Below, in pieces: positions 9,644-15,750 of a stretch of DNA of 15,750 bases. The notes beneath the pieces were generated by a model, which searched no databases, was not told the origin of the DNA, and saw nothing but the letters and a program-made list of their open reading frames with translations. The DNA comes from Candidatus Micrarchaeota archaeon (GTDB lineage Archaea; Micrarchaeota; Micrarchaeia; Anstonellales; Anstonellaceae), in the NCBI GenBank assembly GCA_013331805.1, contig DUFS01000078.1, positions 12,008 to 27,757 of the forward strand, written 5' to 3'. A program made the translations under genes and the position numbers. How positions within the stretch are numbered: position 1 is the first letter of the stretch; every line of letters starts with the position of its first letter.

Positions 9644-11226
9644 TCTTTCATGGCCTTTTTCCTCAGCAGCCTGTGATAAGCAATGCCGAACCTGTGCGCC
9701 TCATCACGGGCGAACTGTAGCGCCTTAAGGGCAGGCGAGGAGCGGGCAAGGCGGAGCGGCTCGGAAAACTCCGGGTGGTAAATCTCCTCGAATTCCTTTG
9801 CCAATGATACGCAGGGGAGGGCGAGATTGAGTTCGGAAAGTGCTGAGAGTGCGGCATTCAGCTGCCCTGCACCCCCGTCTATAAGAACCAGGTCAGGCAA
9901 CTGCGAGCCCTCTTTCTTGATGCGGCAGTATCTCCGGAAAACCACTTCCTTCATGGACGCAAAGTCGTCCTGCCCCTCCACTGTGCGGATCCTGAAGCGC
10001 CTGTAGCCTGATTTGTTCGGCTTTCCGTTCACGAACTGGACCATGGAACCCACCACTGATGTGCCATAGAGGTTGGAGATGTCAAAGCACTCGATTGTGC
10101 GCGGAAGGGCTGGGAGCTTGAGCTCCTGCTGCAGCTCCACAATTGCCGGGTCGGCGTTGCCGCTGATTTCAAGAAGTATGTTCTTGCGAAGGAGCTCCAG
10201 GAGCTTTTTCTTGTCCCCCTTTTCAGGAACCAAAATGCTTACAGGACCTCCTCTTTTCTTTGCCAAGTAGCCCTCTATTGCCGTTTGTGACTCAGGCTCC
10301 TTTTCCACATAAATTCTCCTTGGAATGCCTCCGGCCTCGTAAAAGCGGGGCAGGAACTCGGAAAGGGGATCCGGGTCAAGTGGCTCAAACTCGAACTTTT
10401 TTCTGTCCCTTATAACCCCTCCAATCTGCCTGAAAAGCTGCACGTGCGCTTTGCCTTGGTGCATTGCGACCGAAATATAGTCCTCATTCGCCTCGCTTCC
10501 GGACTCTATTTTCTGCCGTTCCAAAAGCGATGAAAGAGAATGGATGGAGTTGCGGAGCACCAAAGCGCGCTCGAACTGCCTTGCTTTGGAGGCTTTTTTC
10601 ATATCGCTCATCATGTCGCCGATTACTTCTTCGAGCTTTTTGCCCCCCGAAAGCACGTGTTTCAGCTTTTGCACCTGCTTTTCATATTCCTCGGGAGTCA
10701 CCAATCCTGCACAGGGCCCTAAGCAAAAGCCAAGATGAAACTGAAGGCAGGGCCTTCCCTGGCCAACTCGGCAGGTCCGAAGCTTGAATATTTTCCTGAG
10801 TGTGGATGCGACCAGCACATAAGCTGAGCCCGAGGTGAAGGGGCCGAAAAGCTTGCCTCTTGCCTTAACCTTGCCCCCCCTGCTTCTTCGAACCAGGAGC
10901 ATGCGCGGGAATTCTTCTTCCGTAATGAGTATGTAGGTGAATTTTTCGTTGTCCTTAAGGTCAATGTTGTATTTCGGGAAATGCTGCTTGATGAGCCGGC
11001 TTTCCAAAAGCAGCGCTTCAGCCTCGTTGTCAGTTACGATGAACTCAAGCGAAGAGGCATTCGAGACCATTTGCCCTGTCCTGTCCAGCAAGCCCTTGCC
11101 AAAGTAATTCGCTATCCTGTTCCTGATATCTTTTGCCTTGCCTATGTAGAGGATTGACCCTGCCTTGTCCTTGAAAATGTAGACGCCAGGGGAACGCGGG
11201 GCTGATCTTGCAATGTCCTGCAGCAT
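9640..11226 (-). CDS. uvrC: Excinuclease ABC subunit C, lacking the C-terminal helix-hairpin-helix domain
   Basis: Start set at ATG 11226 (MLQDIARSAPRSPGVYIF), 528 aa. GIY-YIG (GVY...YIGKAKDIRNR, EALLLE, PKYN), Cys cluster (C..PCLQFHLGFCLGPC), UVR coil, RNase H-like domain (ECFDISN, DDFASM, PDLVLIDGGAGQL, RDEAHRF). Stop overlaps the uvrA stop (TTAA). Confidence 0.98.
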   Translation of the reverse strand: MLQDIARSAPRSPGVYIFKDKAGSILYIGKAKDIRNRIANYFGKGLLDRTGQMVSNASSLEFIVTDNEAEALLLESRLIKQHFPKYNIDLKDNEKFTYILITEEEFPRMLLVRRSRGGKVKARGKLFGPFTSGSAYVLVASTLRKIFKLRTCRVGQGRPCLQFHLGFCLGPCAGLVTPEEYEKQVQKLKHVLSGGKKLEEVIGDMMSDMKKASKARQFERALVLRNSIHSLSSLLERQKIESGSEANEDYISVAMHQGKAHVQLFRQIGGVIRDRKKFEFEPLDPDPLSEFLPRFYEAGGIPRRIYVEKEPESQTAIEGYLAKKRGGPVSILVPEKGDKKKLLELLRKNILLEISGNADPAIVELQQELKLPALPRTIECFDISNLYGTSVVGSMVQFVNGKPNKSGYRRFRIRTVEGQDDFASMKEVVFRRYCRIKKEGSQLPDLVLIDGGAGQLNAALSALSELNLALPCVSLAKEFEEIYHPEFSEPLRLARSSPALKALQFARDEAHRFGIAYHRLLRKKAMKD

Positions 11227-11258
11227 AATACCAACGAGAGACAGTGTATCAATTAGGG

Positions 11259-11268
11259 GATATAAATA
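11259..11268 (-). promoter_or_regulatory. Candidate TATA box for uvrC
   Basis: Minus strand reads TATTTATATC, ~35-40 nt upstream of ATG 11226. Confidence 0.5.
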
Positions 11269-11278
11269 GAGGGGAATG

Positions 11279-11386
11279 GTAGACCCGAAGGCTCCATCCC
11301 ACCTCCCACGCCCCTTTCGGAGCTCGATTAGTTTTCGGAGAAAGTTTAAATAGACAACTGAGCCGCCAGATGTCAGTAGACCCGAA
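11279..11386 (+). repeat. Direct repeat GTAGACCCGAA (11279-11289 and 11376-11386), each copy preceded by TAAATAGA
   Basis: Exact 11-bp match 97 bp apart; TAAATAGA at 11263-11270 and 11347-11354. Confidence 0.8.
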
Positions 11387-11491
11387 CATCTTTCGACACA
11401 GAAAGGAATTTGCTTTTTCTCCTCGTAAAAGCAGGTAGCGACCAAAAGACTCAGCTTGCAGGCATCATCGTCCCAGGTCACAGGTGATAGT

Positions 11492-11956
11492 GTGAACCAG
11501 GAAAAACTCAAAAAGGTAGCGGCAGCTTTGCCAGGAAAGGTCAGGAAGCTTGCAGACTATGCGCTGTTCAAGCTTGGCAAGAACGCCCAGCACACCACGC
11601 AGAAATCTGTGGGCAACATAGCCGCAAATTCCAGCGTGAAGGTTCCGCTTGTTCTGATCGCCTCTTCCGAAACCGCGGTTGGCACATGCAACATTCCGAT
11701 CACATTCACCTATCAGGACGCGCTGCAAAGGCCTTCTGTAGACACTCTTTACGTGGGCCCGGTGAGCGTGCTTGAGGCGGGATCGCAATACAGGCTCACC
11801 CTTGAACCAATTGCCACTGTCGAAATAGGCTCGCAGGCGGCTTTCCCGGGGGCGGACCTGGCGGCATGCCGAAGCCACAGAATTAGCCAAGATTCTCAAT
11901 CAGTTGACTTACTTTCCGCTCAATCTCATCCCTTATTTCGCGGTATTTTTCAATAG
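11492..11956 (+). pseudogene. Probable chimeric remnant containing part of a COG1361-type S-layer/Ig-like domain
   Basis: GTG 11492 follows a strong SD (AGGTGA). The middle (VGNIAANSSVKVPLVLIASSETAVGTCNIPITFTYQD) resembles COG1361 S-layer domain repeats. There is no signal peptide or membrane anchor, and the frame runs 74 bp into the convergent arsC-like gene. Confidence 0.55.
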
Positions 11957-12269
11957 GCCTGCCTTTTGGATTTTCAATTCTCCAGTCAATGGTTTTTTCC
12001 TTGGGTGTAATCGGGCAACTGTCCTTGCAACCCATTGTGATTATTATGTCAAATGCTTTGCTCTGGAGCGGCTGGAAGCCTGATGGCTTTTTGCCGTGCA
12101 GGTCAATGCCTTTTTCCTTCATCACTTCCACTGTCTTGGGGTCGATTTCCTTTGCTGGTTTGCTTCCTGCGGAATAAGCGCGCGCATCTTTTGAATATTT
12201 GTTGAAGAAGGCTTCTGCCACCTGGCTCCTGCATGCGTTTTCCACGCAGATGAAGAGAATTTTTTTCAT
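11883..12269 (-). CDS. arsC: Low-molecular-weight PTP-fold arsenate reductase (ArsC-like)
   Basis: 128 aa from ATG 12269 (alternative GTG 12278). P-loop CX5R in ILFICVENACRSQVAEAF, SAGS, and ITMGCKDSCP with two putative resolving cysteines. Confidence 0.85.
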   Translation of the reverse strand: MKKILFICVENACRSQVAEAFFNKYSKDARAYSAGSKPAKEIDPKTVEVMKEKGIDLHGKKPSGFQPLQSKAFDIIITMGCKDSCPITPKEKTIDWRIENPKGRPIEKYREIRDEIERKVSQLIENLG

Positions 12270-12274
12270 GTCAT

Positions 12275-12319
12275 TCACTCGTTTTTAAGCTTGATTATCG
12301 CCTCGGCAATGTCGTCGCC
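12275..12319 (-). repeat. Diverged duplicate of the NAC 3' end (GDDIAEAIIKLKNE*)
   Basis: Minus strand GGC GAC GAC ATT GCC GAG GCG ATA ATC AAG CTT AAA AAC GAG TGA versus the NAC end GGA GGA GAT ATC GCT GAG GCG ATA ATT CGC CTA AAA GGA GAA TAG; offset 63 nt. Confidence 0.9.
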
Positions 12320-12356
12320 TAAAAGCCCTTATGTCCGCTATTCTCCTTTTAGGCGA
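12315..12356. repeat. Perfect 11-bp inverted repeat enclosing the NAC stop codon
   Basis: TCGCCTAAAAG (12315-12325), 20-nt spacer, CTTTTAGGCGA (12346-12356). Confidence 0.85.
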
Positions 12357-12667
12357 ATTATCGCCTCAGCGATATCTCCTCCGGTTTCCCGAAGGGCGTT
12401 CTGCGCCTCCTCGCGCGAGACTCCTGCGGCATCCATAACCATCCTAATGTCATCCTCGCCAGCGTCCTCCTCCACATGGACATTGCCCGAGACCTGGAAG
12501 GTTTTCTGCCCCTGCATTTCGATCTGGACGACAGAGGGCTCGAACACCACCAGGCGCCCGCCTTCTTTCAGCTCTATGGTCACCTTGGAGGCTTCAAGCT
12601 CCTCGCTTTTGATGCCCATCTGCTTCATCATCTTCTGCATGTTTTTAGGGTCCATTCCTGGTAACAT
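12338..12667 (-). CDS. nac: Archaeal nascent polypeptide-associated complex protein
   Basis: 109 aa from ATG 12667 behind an AGGTGA SD. GMDPKNMQKMMKQMGI, MQGQKTFQVSG and a UBA-like end EDDIRMVM...GDIAEAIIRL. Confidence 0.96.
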   Translation of the reverse strand: MLPGMDPKNMQKMMKQMGIKSEELEASKVTIELKEGGRLVVFEPSVVQIEMQGQKTFQVSGNVHVEEDAGEDDIRMVMDAAGVSREEAQNALRETGGDIAEAIIRLKGE

Positions 12668-12689
12668 TGAAATCACCTAATCCTCGCGA

Positions 12690-13220
12690 TTATTCCGCGT
12701 ATTTCATTATAATCCTGTCTATGTATCTGCCGCCATGCCTGACGTAGCCTTTCATCCTGGCTACTTCCCTAAAGCCCATTTTCCCATAAAGCTTGCGCGC
12801 AGGCCCATTGCCTTCAATATAGTCTATCCATAGGCATTTTGCCTTCAGCCTTTTCCTGGCTTGCGCCATTGCCATGGACAGGAGCTTCTCGCCTATGCCC
12901 ATACCACGGTATCCTTTCCCCACAACCAAACCAAAGGAGGCATTGTGGCTTTCCTTGAAACTTCCCTTCCTTGCTTCGGCGTTGCCGGCCAGCACCTTGC
13001 CTTTCCAGCATAAGACAAACAGGCGGCTTTTGCTGTCGATTTCCTTTGCTTTTGCCATTTGAAATTTCTTTTCCTGATCAAGCGAAAATTTCTTGTCAGC
13101 CATGATGAACGCATTCTCGGCGATGAAACTGTTGATGAAGTCCCGGAGCATCCTGGAATCAATCTGCAGGAACCGCTGTCCGGAAGTTATTACTTCAAAC
13201 CTAAATCCTTTGGTTTCCAT
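12690..13220 (-). CDS. GNAT family N-acetyltransferase
   Basis: 176 aa. Acetyl-CoA motif A V..GYRGMGIGEKLL and motif B N..ARKLYGKMGF. Confidence 0.92.
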   Translation of the reverse strand: METKGFRFEVITSGQRFLQIDSRMLRDFINSFIAENAFIMADKKFSLDQEKKFQMAKAKEIDSKSRLFVLCWKGKVLAGNAEARKGSFKESHNASFGLVVGKGYRGMGIGEKLLSMAMAQARKRLKAKCLWIDYIEGNGPARKLYGKMGFREVARMKGYVRHGGRYIDRIIMKYAE

Positions 13221-13222
13221 GA

Positions 13223-13933
13223 TTAATCTTCCTTGAGAAGCAAATCCGCTTTCACCAGTTTCACAAGCTTGTCAACCACTATTTTTGCCATCTTCTCCCC
13301 TTTTTGCTTTGTTTCGCCGCCCACTTTTCCAAAATAGCCGTACTTGGTGAACTGGTCCTTGGGCATTGGGATTACCCTTCCGAAATAATTGTGCGAGGCA
13401 GCCTGCTTGGACAGCCTCTTTTTCCAGCCTGTAAGCGCCATTACCATGGATGCTTCGTTTTCATCGGCGTGGCCCGCATCCGCTCCGAGCTCCTTAATGG
13501 TCCACCAGGAGACTATGCAGGCGCTGAATTTGTGCCCGTCCGCAAGCTCCTTGAGAACATGCCCTGCTATTGTGGCATTCGCGCCGTGCCCGTTCAGGAA
13601 GAGAATCCTGTCAAAGCCGTTCCGAACGAGCTCTCGCGTTATGTCACGAATTGTTGATGCAAAGGTCTGCGACTTTACGCTGACAGTTCCGGCCCAGGGG
13701 CGCAGAGTGTAGCAAAAGCCGTAGTTTAAAGGCGGGAGGACAAGCGAATTGGTGCGGGAAGCCACCCTTTTTGCCAATTCATATGGAGTGATTGCGTCGG
13801 TCCATAGCGGGAGATGCTCCCCATGGGCTTCCAGCGCGCCCATTGGCAGTATCACTATTGGCTTTTTTTTCAGCTTGCTTATTGCCGCTGCCTCAGATGA
13901 AGTCAGAGTGCCGAACAGGATTTCCCTTGCCAT
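13223..13933 (-). CDS. Creatininase/creatinine amidohydrolase family protein
   Basis: 236 aa from ATG 13933. Metal-ligand motifs LPMGALEAHGEHLPLWTD, NGHGAN, HADENEAS. Confidence 0.93.
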   Translation of the reverse strand: MAREILFGTLTSSEAAAISKLKKKPIVILPMGALEAHGEHLPLWTDAITPYELAKRVASRTNSLVLPPLNYGFCYTLRPWAGTVSVKSQTFASTIRDITRELVRNGFDRILFLNGHGANATIAGHVLKELADGHKFSACIVSWWTIKELGADAGHADENEASMVMALTGWKKRLSKQAASHNYFGRVIPMPKDQFTKYGYFGKVGGETKQKGEKMAKIVVDKLVKLVKADLLLKED

Positions 13934-13942
13934 AAAAATCAC

Positions 13943-14374
13943 TCATGCGAATTTTGCTATTGCAATGCCTCCTGTGACTGACACGATAAGCCCCTGCACC
14001 AGCCAGGAGAGCTGCAGCCCCAGTGGAATTGAGAACATGAGCTGCATCATGATGAAGCCTGTTACAAAGGAAACCGAGAAGAGGAACAGGCCGAATTTCG
14101 CGCCCGTGCTCACATAGGACTTTTCCCTGAAGACTTTCTTGACCGCAACATAGGCTGATGCATATATGAAGCCTGTAAAAAAGCTCGCCAGAATGGCTGT
14201 AACAAAGTATTCCATGCCAGGGGCGCCGTTGCCTGGCATCATCAGGCTGCTCCACAGCCCGGCGTTCGCAGGGTCGGTGTAATAGGGCATGTCAATGAAT
14301 GCCCCCAAGGTGTAAACCACCTGCGATATTACCGTGAAAGCCGCCGCGGCCACTGCCAGGCTCTTCCAGTCCAT
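13943..14374 (-). CDS. Small integral membrane protein, ~4 TM helices (DUF1761-like, tentative)
   Basis: 143 aa from ATG 14374 (MDWKSLAVAAAAF) with GGTGG SD; four hydrophobic segments; stop lies 9 nt before the next ATG. Confidence 0.8.
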   Translation of the reverse strand: MDWKSLAVAAAAFTVISQVVYTLGAFIDMPYYTDPANAGLWSSLMMPGNGAPGMEYFVTAILASFFTGFIYASAYVAVKKVFREKSYVSTGAKFGLFLFSVSFVTGFIMMQLMFSIPLGLQLSWLVQGLIVSVTGGIAIAKFA

Positions 14375-14429
14375 AAAACCACCCGGATAGCGTAAAGCGC
14401 GGAAGAATAAAAAAATAGCAGGGCAGAAC

Positions 14430-15029
14430 TCAGGCAAAGCTTTCAGCAAGCTGGCTCTTCCTTATTTCCACCCTCTTTATGGGCCCGATCTTCTTCACGC
14501 CGTTGTAAAGCTTTGCAGAGAGCTTGCCGAACACCATTTCCTGCACCAGCGTCTGGTAATCGGTCTGCTTGGAGATCGCCTTGACGTTTTCGGATAGCAC
14601 CCTTCGGACGTCCGCGCGCACGGCCTCGCTCACCTTGAGGCCGGATATGCAGATTGTCTTTATCCGCAGGTGCACGCCGTCCTTGGTCACCACGTCGTCA
14701 ATCTGGTTCATGACCGAGCGGCGCCTGCGCGCAAGCGTCCGCACGTATCCAGGCACCAGCTCGTGGCCTATGAATATGGAGTGCGCTGACTTGCCCCTTA
14801 TCTCCTTGATCCTGAAGTAAAGGACTGTGTAGGCAGTGGACTGCGAGAAGCTGCCGGTGATTTCGCCCAGCCCGATTTTCACCTTCCTGTCCTTGAGGTT
14901 GGCCTCGTCCGCGGAAACCAGCTGCCCGATTTCGCGGGACTCGAAGGACTCCGGCGCAATTATCGAGTACCAGCTCTTCAGCTTCCACTTGTCCACGATT
15001 TTGGTTTTCTTTGAGGGTTGTTCTGCCAT
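14430..15029 (-). CDS. rps3ae: 30S ribosomal protein S3Ae (eS1)
   Basis: 199 aa. DKWKLKSWYSIIAPESF, FIGHEL...YVRTLARRRRS, VVTKDG, KKIGPIKRVEIRKS. Confidence 0.97.
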   Translation of the reverse strand: MAEQPSKKTKIVDKWKLKSWYSIIAPESFESREIGQLVSADEANLKDRKVKIGLGEITGSFSQSTAYTVLYFRIKEIRGKSAHSIFIGHELVPGYVRTLARRRRSVMNQIDDVVTKDGVHLRIKTICISGLKVSEAVRADVRRVLSENVKAISKQTDYQTLVQEMVFGKLSAKLYNGVKKIGPIKRVEIRKSQLAESFA

Positions 15030-15033
15030 GGGA

Positions 15034-15489
15034 TCACTTCACCAGGAGCGCGGCTTTCTCCGGGTCGTACTTCCAGTCAGCCGGCAGCCTTCCGCTTTTT
15101 GTGTAATACTTCACGAGCCTTCCTATCTTCGACTCCACGTGAATGAGCTTGGTCCGGTTGTGCTTGTCAGACCGGTTGGTGCGAAGATGGTCGCGCATGT
15201 TCACCGCGCGCTTGATGAGGTTGAGCAGGTCCTCAGGGTACTCGAGCTTGATTCCGCTCTCCCGGAGTATGTCGGATATCGACTTTCCGCACAGGTTCTG
15301 CACTGATGCGATTCCGTAGGTGTCGCGGAGGATCATGCCTATTTCGGTCGGGCCCTTTGTCTCCTTGCCCATCTTGGAAATGAGCTCCTCCACTTCGTGC
15401 GGGGCGTATTCTGTCCATTCCGGAGAGACTTTCACGGCAGGCCGCTTGGAGCCGGACTTGCCCCTTTTCTTAGAATGCATTCGAGCCAT
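15034..15489 (-). CDS. rps15: 30S ribosomal protein S15 (uS15, archaeal S15P/S13e)
   Basis: 151 aa. MARMHSKKRGKSGSKRP, IGMILRDTYGI, PEDLLNLIKRA, ESKIGRLVKYY, LPADWKYDP. Confidence 0.99.
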   Translation of the reverse strand: MARMHSKKRGKSGSKRPAVKVSPEWTEYAPHEVEELISKMGKETKGPTEIGMILRDTYGIASVQNLCGKSISDILRESGIKLEYPEDLLNLIKRAVNMRDHLRTNRSDKHNRTKLIHVESKIGRLVKYYTKSGRLPADWKYDPEKAALLVK

Positions 15490-15688
15490 TTTCTAACCCC
15501 CAGATTATTCTGAAGCCCGTAAACGCAAAACCATATTAGGATTTGCCAAATTCCCTTCCAAGAGGCTGGAATCTTTGGAAAAATTTGCCCAAAGGCTTCC
15601 TTGGTTTTCCGGTTTCCAGTGGCGCAGGCGCCACTGTCTCTGCAAGTCCCTTGGACATTGCAGATCCCGTCCAGCCGAAGCGGATGTG
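15490..15688 (-). ncRNA. Candidate structured 5' leader of the rps15-rps3Ae operon
   Basis: Non-coding ~195 nt between a TATA-like box and ATG 15489, with consecutive stems at 15670-15684 (cUUCGg loop on minus strand), 15639-15664, 15617-15636 and 15568-15600. Confidence 0.5.
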
Positions 15689-15703
15689 TTGTAAGGGGAA
15701 ATT

Positions 15704-15711
15704 GTTTAAAA
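15704..15711 (-). promoter_or_regulatory. Candidate TATA box for the rps15 operon
   Basis: Minus strand TTTTAAAC predicts a start near 15685, at the base of the first hairpin. The TTTAAA core is palindromic and could instead serve a gene beyond the right edge. Confidence 0.45.
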
Positions 15712-15750
15712 GGGTTGCTATTGGCCGTAAGCCCTTAAGATTTTATTTCG

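Noticed and set aside
11355..11459. Glycine or NiCo riboswitch (ACTGAGC, CAGGT, AAAAGAC fragments)
   Set aside because: Only isolated words match; the conserved cores and order are missing, and the downstream gene context does not fit.
11227..11511. 95-aa N-terminal extension of UvrC
   Set aside because: No UvrC-like content; GIY-YIG similarity begins at ATG 11226, with a TATA-like box just upstream.
11276..13933. RiPP-like cluster (micro-ORF precursors plus MftE-like creatininase plus GNAT)
   Set aside because: No radical SAM, YcaO or RRE protein; the peptides are on the opposite strand and separated by unrelated genes.
14375..14449. 25-aa N-terminal extension of the membrane protein
   Set aside because: Overlaps rps3Ae; ATG 14374 has an SD site and starts the first hydrophobic segment.
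15600..15690. tRNA, SRP RNA or RNase P RNA
   Set aside because: No T-loop/D-loop consensus or cloverleaf, and no SRP helix-8 or RNase P conserved motifs are visible.

Overview
Archaeal chromosomal DNA, shown by archaeal-type uS15, eS1/S3Ae and NAC genes, TATA-like boxes and GGTGA-type SD sites. A DPANN lineage such as Micrarchaeota is my inference only. From left to right: (1) a very large minus-strand secreted, glycosylation-site-rich surface protein of more than 1536 aa. It starts at 4609, runs off the left edge and is missing from the ORF track. It carries LamG, parallel beta-helix and TIGR03790-like modules plus 69-bp tandem repeats. (2) A bacterial-type nucleotide excision repair set: uvrB and uvrA on +, with a convergent uvrC on - that lacks its C-terminal HhH domain. 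(3) An unusual ~700-bp stretch with a duplicated motif, two micro-ORFs and a chimeric S-layer-domain fragment. (4) A tightly packed minus-strand run: rps15, rps3Ae, membrane protein, creatininase-family hydrolase, GNAT, NAC and arsC-like. The best unexplained signals are a synonymously diverged, in-frame second copy of the NAC 3' end beside an 11-bp inverted repeat (integration scar?), a ~195-nt hairpin-rich leader before rps15, variable positions in near-identical beta-helix repeats, the HhH-less UvrC, and the duplicated VDP micro-ORF/motif unit. I cannot demonstrate a complete new multi-gene system from sequence alone.
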